Part shown: positions 54,784 to 64,000 of the stretch, piece by piece
Layout: each line of letters begins with the position of its first letter
Position numbering within the stretch: the first letter of the stretch is position 1
IMG/VR virus record: IMGVR_UViG_3300032305_002648
Direction: 5' to 3' (one strand)
DNA from: an uncultured virus (IMG/VR IMGVR_UViG_3300032305_002648)
Lineage: Duplodnaviria > Heunggongvirae > Uroviricota > Caudoviricetes
Length of the DNA: 64,000 nt
Notes under the pieces: model-generated
The model's database searches: none
The model's input: the letters and a program-made list of their open reading frames with translations, nothing else
Told to the model about the DNA's origin: nothing
Translations under genes and position numbers: made by a program

Positions 54784-55205
54784 ATTGCCAACCAAGTCGT
54801 TGTTGCGGTGTCATAAATATACAGTGCGCTCAACGTTTTATCGTAGTGCAGTTGTCCGTCGACCGGATTTGATGGTTTACCTATAAAAATAGAAGCCACT
54901 GCTTTGTTGGTTTGCCAGGCAGAACCGTCATAAATTTTGAAAATATGGGTGCTTACTGTATCTAGCCAGGATTCCCCCTTGGAAAGACCTGTATGGCCTG
55001 TTGGGAGCAAGTTGGGCGCGGTGCTCCCGACAAAGGTGGGACCGGCCTTGATGAGCCCTGTACTGGGCGCTGCTGTGTTATCGGCAAAGTAAATACCTGG
55101 GTCCCCAGGATTATTGTTTACAGCGATTTCCGCTGACCCCATCCGTGTCGGCAGTGGGCGGTCATATAGAAGCGAAGAACGCCGATTAAGAATTTGTTCG
55201 GTCAT
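54780..55205 (-). CDS. Structural protein
   Basis: GESWLDT, P.NPVDGQL.YD repeats. Confidence 0.8.
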   Translation of the reverse strand: MTEQILNRRSSLLYDRPLPTRMGSAEIAVNNNPGDPGIYFADNTAAPSTGLIKAGPTFVGSTAPNLLPTGHTGLSKGESWLDTVSTHIFKIYDGSAWQTNKAVASIFIGKPSNPVDGQLHYDKTLSALYIYDTATTTWLAI

Positions 55206-55217
55206 GACAAAATGTTA

Positions 55218-57659
55218 TTAATCGTAAGTACCGCAATCAATTACGGTGGGTTGGGCCGTAAGAGGATCATAGGTTCCGCAATCTATTGTACTCATTGCAA
55301 TAGCTATTCCAGTGCCAGTTCCAACACCAGTGGCTTGAAATTCTATGTATTGAGCATTGGAAGCGGCTCCAATGGCAGTAAAATCCGTATCTCCAACCGT
55401 ATCAATAATATACCAAGATCCGATGATAAAGGATCCCGCCGTTACAAAGGTATTCAGGGGGTCCATGGTCACCCCATTTAAATATTGACCAGCATCTATC
55501 AAGCCGAATTGATAGTCGTTTGTGTAGTTAATTAAAGGCTCATTTAGAAATCCAAATTTAGTGCTAACAATTAATGTTGGGTTAAGGTTTACAACTTTAC
55601 TGACAACAGAAATCAAACGCTGTGTGCTGTTTTGAATGGTTCCATCTGCGCTGACAATATTTCCCTTGGCATCACGTTGCACATTATCTGTTAACAGGGA
55701 GGTAAGGAGATAAGGTTGATAATTTCCGATAGATTGCGGTTGATTCTTGAAATCTTTTGCTTGTGCAGATCCCCTCCAGTCCTTGCCCATTCTTAACATA
55801 GCCAAACGCTCAGCACCCTGCCTAACACGTGTATGCTCTTTTCTTAAATTTTCATAGAACAAGTCAGCACCATCGCCAACTGGATGATCGCTCGGTTCCT
55901 TTAACCAAGATGAAACATAATCATGTTGTTTTAAATTTTGAACAGAACAATAACCAGAGGTGGTTTGGGTATAGGGATAAGCAATAGTAAAAGTATTGCT
56001 ATCTTGTACGCTGCTAACCGAATATTGACCGCTTAAGACTGCCCCACTGGTGACCACAAGTTGTACTTTTGTGTTAACTGTTAATCCATGCCCTAAAGCG
56101 GTAATAACTACGTTGGTGCTCGCTGTTTGACTGAAGGAACCAGAAATATTAAGCGGGGCACTACCTTCTTCGTGTGCCAAGGAAAAGAAAGATGCATAAA
56201 TATGTTTGCACCACCTAAGTTGGTAATACTGCAATCCGGTGTAGCAGGTTTCCTCTTTATCCCCATAATCAGGAAGTTGGTAAAAATTACCGCTTGTTAT
56301 GTAGCCCAAATCACTGAAAACACCGATGTTTTCCCGGAGATTTGTTGTTGTATCGTCTTTATTCAATAGGGTACCCGGTTTGACGGATGTAATGGCGCTT
56401 TCTGGAAATCTATTTTTTGTGTTACTGCTGTAAAGGTCGTAGGATTCCCTCCTCGTGTAATCCGGGCAAGTGCACTGGTATCGCAATTCCGTAGTAAGAA
56501 AATTGCCAACAGCAAATCCACGATGTGCCGGAACTACAACATCCGTAACGGTATTCGTAGTGGTGGCCCCATAGCTATACCCACGTTGGCAGATAATTTC
56601 ATTATTTGTTATGTCCAGTGCTTTTACCGTGTAACCTACGTAATCCGTGTAATTATACTTTTCAATCAACCGGTAAACGGTTGCCACGCCGCTGGTAGAT
56701 CCAGTTTCAATTGTTGTAAGCGTAAAAGCAACACTTGAAGTTACAGTGATCGGGTAAATACTAGCAATGGCATTACCAGTTGTTGTGTTTAGACGAATTT
56801 CGTTTCCGGTAGCTAAGCCATGGGGCGTAGAGCACGTGACCGTTACCGTGCTACCTATTCTTGAATATGTAGCTGAAAGCCCCGGATCAGCTTCTTCAAT
56901 GCGGTCAGTTATTCGCTCACCAATAAGGGAGTTACTCGGAGTGGGTAAATAACGTAGGCGTGCTCTTATTTCAGTCCAACGAGAATCGGAAAATGTAGTA
57001 GATAATGCCGCCGAGACATTGCCAACTGTTGTGGCACTTATTGCTGCTGTACAAGTAAATGAATTAGCCGTTTTTGAAACAATTGCCAAAGTTGCCGTGG
57101 TACTTGTGCCACTCAAGAATGACAAATAGATGTTGTCCCCAAGTTGGTAACCATGGTTGGGGTATGAAACCGTAATTGCAAATCCTGATTGCGAATAAGG
57201 TACTACAGCGGCATCCCCAAGGTAACGTACCCCCAGAATTGGCAATCCAAAATCATAAAAATTTAATGCATTGGCGTCCCGCATCGCTACAATGTGCTCT
57301 CCGGTCTCCACAGAAGAACTTGGGTAAGCAAAAATCCTTGCCGGAATAAATACTCCAGGATATTGTTGAAAAGCGCAATAAGATCTGTAATCACCTATAT
57401 CCGCCCGCTTGGTTGCACCCGATGCAAATACACTTTGCATCACTGTGTAAATTTCATAACCCCGACGCCAACGTGCCCACAAGGAGTCCCTATCGTAGAA
57501 ACGAATGCGACTCTTAAAATCATCTTTTTGTGGGGTAAACTTAAACGGATTATCTGCTACCCCGTAATTACTCAATGCAGATATCTTGTCCCCAGGACTA
57601 TTGAAACCTTTGTTTACGCTTTTATCAAAGTTGCCTGTAAACCCGTTAAATCGAGCCAT
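55218..57659 (-). CDS. Large structural protein with repeated beta modules and SWIM-like zinc finger
   Basis: Three HG...G..I/V.L modules; YQCTCPDY...WCKH. Confidence 0.8.
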   Translation of the reverse strand: MARFNGFTGNFDKSVNKGFNSPGDKISALSNYGVADNPFKFTPQKDDFKSRIRFYDRDSLWARWRRGYEIYTVMQSVFASGATKRADIGDYRSYCAFQQYPGVFIPARIFAYPSSSVETGEHIVAMRDANALNFYDFGLPILGVRYLGDAAVVPYSQSGFAITVSYPNHGYQLGDNIYLSFLSGTSTTATLAIVSKTANSFTCTAAISATTVGNVSAALSTTFSDSRWTEIRARLRYLPTPSNSLIGERITDRIEEADPGLSATYSRIGSTVTVTCSTPHGLATGNEIRLNTTTGNAIASIYPITVTSSVAFTLTTIETGSTSGVATVYRLIEKYNYTDYVGYTVKALDITNNEIICQRGYSYGATTTNTVTDVVVPAHRGFAVGNFLTTELRYQCTCPDYTRRESYDLYSSNTKNRFPESAITSVKPGTLLNKDDTTTNLRENIGVFSDLGYITSGNFYQLPDYGDKEETCYTGLQYYQLRWCKHIYASFFSLAHEEGSAPLNISGSFSQTASTNVVITALGHGLTVNTKVQLVVTSGAVLSGQYSVSSVQDSNTFTIAYPYTQTTSGYCSVQNLKQHDYVSSWLKEPSDHPVGDGADLFYENLRKEHTRVRQGAERLAMLRMGKDWRGSAQAKDFKNQPQSIGNYQPYLLTSLLTDNVQRDAKGNIVSADGTIQNSTQRLISVVSKVVNLNPTLIVSTKFGFLNEPLINYTNDYQFGLIDAGQYLNGVTMDPLNTFVTAGSFIIGSWYIIDTVGDTDFTAIGAASNAQYIEFQATGVGTGTGIAIAMSTIDCGTYDPLTAQPTVIDCGTYD

Positions 57660-57668
57660 GGCAATACA

Positions 57669-58409
57669 TCAATAGTAGCCGCCCTGGAGGTTAACATAGA
57701 AACCATTGGTCAGCGCTGTGGTACCTCCCACGGAGACATACAGGGAAGAGCCATTACCAATCAGCAACCCCCTGGTTTTTGGCGATACGGTGCTATTCGT
57801 GCTGGTAAAATTTGCACCACCATGAACAACGGGTTGATTCACCAAAGGAAGAATAGCATTAAGCGTTAGGCTATAATTTGTGTTTGCTGCGATACTGGGA
57901 ATACTTACAGTGAATAGGGGGAAAAATTGATTAGTGCTGGTAATACTGCTCGCATTGACCAGATAAAAACAAAAATCCGTGGGGGGATAGAAGGTTACGT
58001 TACCACTGGTGGTCAACGTTGATGCGCTGACACCAACAAAAGTATTTGCCGTAATTGATGTAACGGTAATAATTTCATCTACGCCGGTACCACTTGTGTA
58101 ATCGAGGTAAACTTTTTGCCCAACTTGAAGGTTATGGTTGGCGTAAGTAATTGTAACAGCCGTGCCCGACTGAGAATAGGTACCACCCGAGCCAGTGACA
58201 GGCGCAAAGTAGTTATTGGAAAATTGGCTATATTGGAACCAAATCTCATCAATATATGCACCACTAATTGAATTATCCGTGCCAGCTGTGTTTACGTCAA
58301 TAATTTGAGTTGAGTTACCAACAGCCGTAGGGATAAGGCTGGTAGCAAAGGATTGGCCTGATGCGACAGTCACCAACGTGCTCTTTAGCACGGGGCGATC
58401 TATCATCAT
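57669..58409 (-). CDS. Structural protein with one H.L..G..V.L beta module
   Basis: Shares module with 55218..57659; frame extends 10 codons upstream to ATC 58439. Confidence 0.8.
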   Translation of the reverse strand: MMIDRPVLKSTLVTVASGQSFATSLIPTAVGNSTQIIDVNTAGTDNSISGAYIDEIWFQYSQFSNNYFAPVTGSGGTYSQSGTAVTITYANHNLQVGQKVYLDYTSGTGVDEIITVTSITANTFVGVSASTLTTSGNVTFYPPTDFCFYLVNASSITSTNQFFPLFTVSIPSIAANTNYSLTLNAILPLVNQPVVHGGANFTSTNSTVSPKTRGLLIGNGSSLYVSVGGTTALTNGFYVNLQGGYY

Positions 58410-58509
58410 GGGCTGCCGATTGACTGAGGTAGAACTGATACCCTATGTCACCCTGTCTTATGGTAAGATTCGACAGGGGCCTCCGAAACACTCCCCTTAT
58501 TTTACAGCC

Positions 58510-59274
58510 ATGTCACCTACCCGTCTTTCAGCAAACTGCGAAATTTGTGGGCAATTTTTTACACGTGCCAAATCCGAGATGATTCGTTCCCTAAAACGCT
58601 CTTCGCGCATAATCTGTATTGATTGCCGTGCGGTAACACATGGGCATTCCAAAACAGCAGAGTATGTTAGCTGGGGCGCTATGAAACAAAGATGTAATAA
58701 TAAAAATTTTAAAAATTACCACCGTTATGGGGGGCGTGGAATTACCTATCAAGAAAATTGGGACAAATTTGAGAATTTTTTTGCAGACATGGGGAAAATG
58801 CCTATGCCAAAAATGGAAATAGATCGGATTAATAATGATGGTAACTATACCAAAGAGAATTGTCGATGGGCAACACGTAAGGAGCAAGCACGTAACCGTG
58901 GCGGCAAAAATGCCACAAGGCTTTATACTTTTGACGGGAAAACAATGTGCGCTGCAGATTGGGCGCAAGAAATTGGTATTTCGCGGCAAGCTTTGCTAAA
59001 ACGTTTAAACAAAGAGTGGCCGCTGGAAATCGCTCTTAGCCCTGAAAAACACGATGGTGGGGATCGATCTAAGCATGTGACACCTACTGAAAGCCCTACA
59101 AAGGGTAAAACAGTGCGCAATAAAAATGCCAAATATATTACTGTTGACGGTGTTACAAAAACTTACCGAGAATGGGAGATTGAAAAAAATTTAAGCAAAG
59201 GGCTTATTTCTAAGCGTTTGAGCCAGGGGTGTACGCCTTATGAAGCAGTTACAAATCCAATAAGAAAGCAATAG
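58510..59274 (+). CDS. HNH homing endonuclease, antisense to the structural operon
   Basis: W..MKQRC.N......YGGRGI, IDRINNDGNY...NCRWAT..EQ..N; two T.DG.T....W modules; AT-rich. Confidence 0.92.
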   Translation: MSPTRLSANCEICGQFFTRAKSEMIRSLKRSSRIICIDCRAVTHGHSKTAEYVSWGAMKQRCNNKNFKNYHRYGGRGITYQENWDKFENFFADMGKMPMPKMEIDRINNDGNYTKENCRWATRKEQARNRGGKNATRLYTFDGKTMCAADWAQEIGISRQALLKRLNKEWPLEIALSPEKHDGGDRSKHVTPTESPTKGKTVRNKNAKYITVDGVTKTYREWEIEKNLSKGLISKRLSQGCTPYEAVTNPIRKQ

Positions 59275-59277
59275 TCT

Positions 59278-59439
59278 TTATTTCTTCTTGTTCCGCTCTT
59301 CCAACTTAAGGCGAGCCTTCTTCACGGCTTCTTTACGTTTCTCCTTATTGTTTTCCTCGGGTTCCTTGCTGCCTTCATTTTTTTCTCCTGCCTTTTTCTT
59401 GAAATGTGCAAGAAGTTCGGGGGGCATTTTGGAGGCCAT
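59278..59439 (-). CDS. Small Lys/Glu-rich protein (53 aa, not in ORF track)
   Basis: MASKMPPELLAHFKKK... Confidence 0.75.
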   Translation of the reverse strand: MASKMPPELLAHFKKKAGEKNEGSKEPEENNKEKRKEAVKKARLKLEERNKKK

Positions 59440-59485
59440 TACCAGTAGACAGTGTACAAGACTGCTTTTATTTTAATACCCATAC

Positions 59486-59713
59486 TCAAAACAGTGTTTG
59501 TTCAGCCGCGCCAATATCAATGGTGCCAGGTGGCGCTGAAGGCATGAGGGGGGTATAGTCCCCGGATAAGCGTAGGCCGCGAAATACGTTGGGACCCTCA
59601 CCTCCCATAATCTGTCGAAGTTTATCTCCGGCCATCCGTGTGCGCTTTTCTGGTGCCCTACGTGGCTGACCGGAAAAAGAAGATTGTATTTGGCCGGAAC
59701 GGGTGTGTGCCAT
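59486..59713 (-). CDS. Small protein with RMAG motif
   Basis: KRTRMAGDKL. Confidence 0.7.
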   Translation of the reverse strand: MAHTRSGQIQSSFSGQPRRAPEKRTRMAGDKLRQIMGGEGPNVFRGLRLSGDYTPLMPSAPPGTIDIGAAEQTLF

Positions 59714-59719
59714 TAATTT

Positions 59720-60268
59720 TTATGATCCTGGTCGACGCGATCCCGGAGCGGAATAATATTGCCGTATAGGTTCACCGTATCGATTTTTACCCACTACGGT
59801 AAATGGGTTACTGACTTCTTGATTATGGTTGCCCCCTCTAGACACAAAGTATTCGCCAGGAGGAGCGCCAAATGGGGCAGCTGTGGGAGTAAATCCGTAG
59901 GTGCTTGTGGGGGCCGGCGCGGGAGCAGGAGCAGGAGCAGGTGCAGGGGCAGGGGTCGGTGCGGTAGTCGGCTGGCTATCTGTAGTTAAGCTGGTATCTG
60001 AAGGTGCTTGATAAGACGCACCCTGTTGCGTATATTTATTTGTACTGGGGTTTGCGCTATTGCCAAATACATCCCCTGCCATTCTGATGCTATCAAAGTT
60101 ACTGGCATCTACATTCGATAGTGTAAACTTATTCTGCAATTGCTGTGCGCCAGAAGTTGGCAATGCTGCCGCAATGTCCGGTGCAGTTACCATAGGAAGC
60201 CTATGGGCAAGTTGTTGTGAGGGTAGCTTTGAACTGCCCGCTGCACCACTTTGACTGGATTGGCCCAT
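59720..60268 (-). CDS. Low-complexity protein with RMAG motif and (Pro-Ala)n tract
   Basis: MGQSSQS start; PAPAPAPAPAPAPAP. Confidence 0.75.
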   Translation of the reverse strand: MGQSSQSGAAGSSKLPSQQLAHRLPMVTAPDIAAALPTSGAQQLQNKFTLSNVDASNFDSIRMAGDVFGNSANPSTNKYTQQGASYQAPSDTSLTTDSQPTTAPTPAPAPAPAPAPAPAPTSTYGFTPTAAPFGAPPGEYFVSRGGNHNQEVSNPFTVVGKNRYGEPIRQYYSAPGSRRPGS

Positions 60269-60305
60269 TTTATGGTTTTAAATGCTCGTTATATTAGTAT
60301 AGCGT

Positions 60306-60980
60306 TTAGACGTATCGCCCACCGCTGGCGGACATCAATGCAGACAAGATTGCATTAGGAGAAGCAACAGGAGTAGCATTGGCTTGATTTTGTTGATCAA
60401 GTTTGACGCTAAGTGGAGTTATATCAATATTCCCACTAAGACCACCATAATCTCTGGGGGCAGCCATTGCTTGCATAACACTGCCAACACGCGCTGCATA
60501 ACTGTTAGCAAAAGTGACCGGATCTATCTGTGGTTGTGGGGTAGGTGGTTGAACCGGTGCCGCACCTGCTGACTGCGGCTGGGGGGGATTGATACCACTT
60601 GGTATTGGCGCAGCGGGTTGTCCAGCCGCTGCTTGCATTTGCGGAAGAAATTGTTTATAGCTACCGTTGGTATATGCACCCCATGCACCCAGTCCTTGCG
60701 ATTTCAATATTCTGCTGGCAACTTTTGCATTTACGTTGGGGTCATTTAATTGACTTGCGTCGGAAAGGCCATATTCTTTCAACCGAGCTGGTCCCAGCGA
60801 ACCCAACATGTTGACTTGCCAAAGCCCGCGAGAATCATCTCCGGTGCTTGGGTTTAAATTACGAATCCCTGCATTACCTCCTGACTCCGCTTTTGCAATG
60901 GCCGCCATCAACGGTGCTTTATCTGCGCCAAAATATTGACTAGATAGTTGCAACAATTGTGCATTACTTAAAACAGTCAT
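60306..60980 (-). CDS. Virion lytic transglycosylase (SLT-like) with Pro/Gln-rich tail
   Basis: AIAKAESGGN, D.S.GLWQ.N, N...A..I...QG..AW..Y. Confidence 0.88.
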   Translation of the reverse strand: MTVLSNAQLLQLSSQYFGADKAPLMAAIAKAESGGNAGIRNLNPSTGDDSRGLWQVNMLGSLGPARLKEYGLSDASQLNDPNVNAKVASRILKSQGLGAWGAYTNGSYKQFLPQMQAAAGQPAAPIPSGINPPQPQSAGAAPVQPPTPQPQIDPVTFANSYAARVGSVMQAMAAPRDYGGLSGNIDITPLSVKLDQQNQANATPVASPNAILSALMSASGGRYV

Positions 60981-60982
60981 GA

Positions 60983-61462
60983 CTACCTAAGCTCCTCCAT
61001 GAATTTAATCCGCGTTCCAATTGAAACATCGGCTGGGCCAGGCAAAGCTTGAATAAATTCAGCGCCTTCCCGCTCAAAACGGTACCTAGCCTGCTCGGGA
61101 TTACGGTAATTTGGCACATAAAGATGCAATGCCAACCGGTCTGTTTCAAACATATAAATTTGAATCCACGTTTTCAATGTGTCTTTGAAATCCGTGGTGC
61201 TGATTGTACGTGTAACGTCACCAGCAATGTTCTCTAAGCGTCCCTTGGGCACCTCTGTATTGTTGACGCTACCCGTCATGTCAGTACGCTTTTCGGCCTC
61301 GTCACACCGACCGATCTGTTCTACAATCTTGCTGTACCAAAACGAATCCTGGATATTATTTAGTGCTTCTGCCAATCTTGCTTGGTCGCCGGCAGGCACC
61401 GAGGTAATGTTATACCCCAGGTGCCAACGAACTTTTGATTGGTAGAAGGTATCAAGTTGCAT
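60983..61462 (-). CDS. Putative head completion/adaptor protein
   Basis: VRWHLGY start; position after capsid genes. Confidence 0.65.
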   Translation of the reverse strand: MQLDTFYQSKVRWHLGYNITSVPAGDQARLAEALNNIQDSFWYSKIVEQIGRCDEAEKRTDMTGSVNNTEVPKGRLENIAGDVTRTISTTDFKDTLKTWIQIYMFETDRLALHLYVPNYRNPEQARYRFEREGAEFIQALPGPADVSIGTRIKFMEELR

Positions 61463-61902
61463 TATTCAACGCGAACTAAGTTCTCTTTGATAATCTCATC
61501 CCAGTCTACTCGCTTGATGCTTTTGAGTTGATCTAATCGAACAAATTTCTCGCCAGGCATTGAAGTTTGTAGATCTTTAATATCACGAGCAGTTTTCAAC
61601 CCAACGCCGGGTAATGTGTCTGCAATTTGCCGGGCGCTGGCGGTATTGATATTCAAGCGAACATCAAGCGGAAATGTTTCTTTGTTCAACGGCTCTGGAG
61701 GATTCACGCCGTCTTCTTTCAATCCTTCACGCAACCTTTCAGTATTACGATCCTTTTCAACAGTTGCTGAAAGATGCGGGACGAGGTCCTCTTTTTCAAG
61801 ATAGTGGACCTCGTCCTGCGAATCAACACACATAACGATCCCGTCACCGTAGTCCGAAAGAACTTCAACGAGACCGCCTGTCAGTTTGTACTGGTAAAGC
61901 AT
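61462..61902 (-). CDS. Helix-hairpin-helix domain protein (ComEA/PsbU-like)
   Basis: LNINTAS......LPGVG...A..I......F..LDQL..I. Confidence 0.88.
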   Translation of the reverse strand: MLYQYKLTGGLVEVLSDYGDGIVMCVDSQDEVHYLEKEDLVPHLSATVEKDRNTERLREGLKEDGVNPPEPLNKETFPLDVRLNINTASARQIADTLPGVGLKTARDIKDLQTSMPGEKFVRLDQLKSIKRVDWDEIIKENLVRVE

Positions 61903-61949
61903 TTAAGGAATGGATGCAACTACCAGTACATTAACTGACTTAACCTTTA

Positions 61950-62810
61950 TCAGCCGTTCACGCCGGAACCGTCATCACCACCAATCTGGGACGCGAAGTC
62001 AATGAAGCCCTGGATCTCGTTCCAGCCTGCAGCATCTGCAGGGCGGATGTAGTTGATGCGGCACACGATGTAGCCAGTTTTGTTATTGGCCAGATCGGTG
62101 GCGCTGATGCTAACACCAGAACCGTTGGCGGTCGTTGCGGCAGCCGTCAGCACGCTATAAACACCAAAAGTGGTGTTAGAGGTGACTTTGTAGAACATCG
62201 AGCTGTAGAAATCAGCAGCGAGGATACCACCAGAGGTCACGGAGTTGGCGAAGGGCAGCGAGCCGGCGGTAGCGTTACCGTTGGACAGAGCAGCAGTACC
62301 CTGGGTCAGGGCGCTGGAGGCAGCAGTCAGGTAAGCAACAGCGTTACCAATACCGAGTGCTTTGTTGGCGGTAGAAACACCAGCTGGGACGCCAGAGTTG
62401 TCAGGGCCGAACAGCAGCAGATCGCTAGTGGTGGCAACAAGGTCAGCGGTCACAGGCACGCCAGGGAAGCCGGGCAATGCACCGGTACCATAGCCGACAC
62501 CGGAGGGGATGTCCTGGCCGATAGAAATAGAAGCACCGTAGATGTACGAAGGCTGGCTGCTGGAAGCAGGCACAGTGATCGCACTCCGGTTGTCACGCAC
62601 GCGGTCATCAGGACGACGATCGGGTGAGGGCACGGTAATGGTCGTGAAAGTCTTGGCGGCGGTGGTGCTGGCAATGGGCACGTAGCCAATAATTTCATAC
62701 GCCTCGATACCGGGCCAACCGTAAACACCCTCATTGTTGAAGCTGGAAAGACGGTTAACCTGAGTGCCGGGGTAAAGTACGCTGCCAGCGTTAGTCTTGT
62801 AAGTAGCCAT
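61950..62810 (-). CDS. Putative minor capsid/decoration protein
   Basis: Directly after MCP, GGAGGT RBS, strong codon bias. Confidence 0.7.
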   Translation of the reverse strand: MATYKTNAGSVLYPGTQVNRLSSFNNEGVYGWPGIEAYEIIGYVPIASTTAAKTFTTITVPSPDRRPDDRVRDNRSAITVPASSSQPSYIYGASISIGQDIPSGVGYGTGALPGFPGVPVTADLVATTSDLLLFGPDNSGVPAGVSTANKALGIGNAVAYLTAASSALTQGTAALSNGNATAGSLPFANSVTSGGILAADFYSSMFYKVTSNTTFGVYSVLTAAATTANGSGVSISATDLANNKTGYIVCRINYIRPADAAGWNEIQGFIDFASQIGGDDGSGVNG

Positions 62811-62827
62811 GAGTTAGTTACCTCCTA

Positions 62828-63967
62828 TCAAACGATGGTGAACGCGGTGGTGCAGAAGTCCTTGTTCAGGTTAGCAAAACCGGCGTACAGCTGCCAAATC
62901 AGGATGATAAAGCGGCTGAAGTCGTCGTTGTTGTTAATGAGGACTTGAGCATTGGGGCCACCGATACCAATACCAACAGCCTGAGGGCCGAAGAACAGGC
63001 CAGGAGGAGTGGTGTGGGTTACGGCGCCAGCGCCATCACCGATATCGCAGGTGACGGTCAGGTTGGTGAAGTTGGTTGATTCAAAGAAACGCACACCTTC
63101 AAACACAAAGCCGGTAGGCATGATCGGTTCACCAGCCACGAAAGCAGCTTGGCCGTACTGACCACCACCATAGATGGCTTGGTTGGGACCCATGGCGCCC
63201 ATCATCGGGTTGCCTTGGCCCATGCCGGGGTAACGCGCAACTTCACGGAAGCCTTGGTCAGCACGCAGATCCTTCATGAAGGAGGGATCAGCAATACAAC
63301 GGTAGTAACCATCTTGGAAGACGGGAACGTTACGCTTACGCAGACCTTTGACAACTTCCAGGAGGTCGCTCTTTACGTTAAATTTGTAACGCTCAGAAGC
63401 ATATTCGGTAGCGGTATAAGTGCTAACGGTGCCGCTGCTGTTAGTGTGACCGTTGGGGTAGTAGTAACCACCTTGGGTGTCGGAGGCTTGGCCGCGTGAG
63501 AAGGACTTATAAAGTTCGTCCAGCAGCACGCGATCACGCCAGCGGCGGTAGTCATCCAACAGGGTCAGCGAACCGATGGACTGGTGGAACATGTTGAGGT
63601 TCCCGGTGTCCAGCAGCAAGCGCTGAGCGGTCATCAGCGTTTCCCGAGCAATTTTGAAGGTGCTGGGAGCGTTGGCATTGTTCGGGTCGGCAGGACCGGT
63701 GTACTCACGAAGAGACACCAGAACCTTATCCTTCACAATGGAACGGCTGTTAGCGGTACCAATGGTCTGATCCTGGGTACGCTCACGGTTGGCCTTGGTA
63801 CCGGGGTTGCCCCAGAAACGGTACCGGTCCAGCTGAACGGTTTGACCAGGCTGTTTGGTGAAGTCATGAACAACGACGGGCTCAGCCGCCATTTCCACAA
63901 TGTAAGCCGGATGGGGGCGGTACAGCTCCGCACCCAACAGCTTCGGGAAATCATTATCAATGAACAT
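62828..63967 (-). CDS. Major capsid protein
   Basis: 379 aa, strong codon bias; PG.TV...R, L.EY, G...GVRF.EST, FG.QA.G, DF.R....W....GF as in N4-gp56-like capsids. Confidence 0.88.
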   Translation of the reverse strand: MFIDNDFPKLLGAELYRPHPAYIVEMAAEPVVVHDFTKQPGQTVQLDRYRFWGNPGTKANRERTQDQTIGTANSRSIVKDKVLVSLREYTGPADPNNANAPSTFKIARETLMTAQRLLLDTGNLNMFHQSIGSLTLLDDYRRWRDRVLLDELYKSFSRGQASDTQGGYYYPNGHTNSSGTVSTYTATEYASERYKFNVKSDLLEVVKGLRKRNVPVFQDGYYRCIADPSFMKDLRADQGFREVARYPGMGQGNPMMGAMGPNQAIYGGGQYGQAAFVAGEPIMPTGFVFEGVRFFESTNFTNLTVTCDIGDGAGAVTHTTPPGLFFGPQAVGIGIGGPNAQVLINNNDDFSRFIILIWQLYAGFANLNKDFCTTAFTIV

Positions 63968-64000
63968 GTTGGTTATTCAGCGTAAGGGTTTAGCTGACAC

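Noticed and set aside
58410..59277. Group I intron carrying the HNH gene
   Set aside because: The endonuclease ORF is antisense and fills nearly the whole interval, leaving no room for a ribozyme core; flanks are separate genes.

Overview
A 64 kb slice of a tailed dsDNA phage genome, very probably a cyanophage of (pico)cyanobacteria, judged from two NblA-like genes, SpeD, ThyX and cyanophage-style tail fibres and small proteins. The left half (mostly + strand) holds many small accessory genes, a GH24 endolysin, ThyX, a T7-like family A DNA polymerase, dCMP deaminase, an SSB, a PD-(D/E)xK exonuclease and a Prim-Pol/D5-type primase-helicase. The right half (mostly - strand) is the virion module: major capsid protein at the right edge, tail fibres, chaperones, a lytic transglycosylase and many low-complexity proteins, plus Dps and a prolyl-4-hydroxylase. 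No terminase, portal, integrase, reverse transcriptase, CRISPR array or canonical tRNA was recognised. The most unusual signals are: (1) a stand-alone ~230 nt ncRNA (22378-22610, - strand) joining an initiator-tRNA-like CAU anticodon arm to a separate tRNA body with G3-U70 and a defective anticodon loop; (2) a second, D-armless tRNA-like element ending in CCA (17448-17516); (3) a covarying structured leader upstream of three dispersed HNH-AP2 endonuclease paralogues; (4) a recurring RMAG peptide motif in five otherwise dissimilar low-complexity proteins; (5) three orphan antitoxin-fold genes and three enzymes with altered catalytic motifs. All assignments come from reading motifs by eye; no database search or folding program was run.
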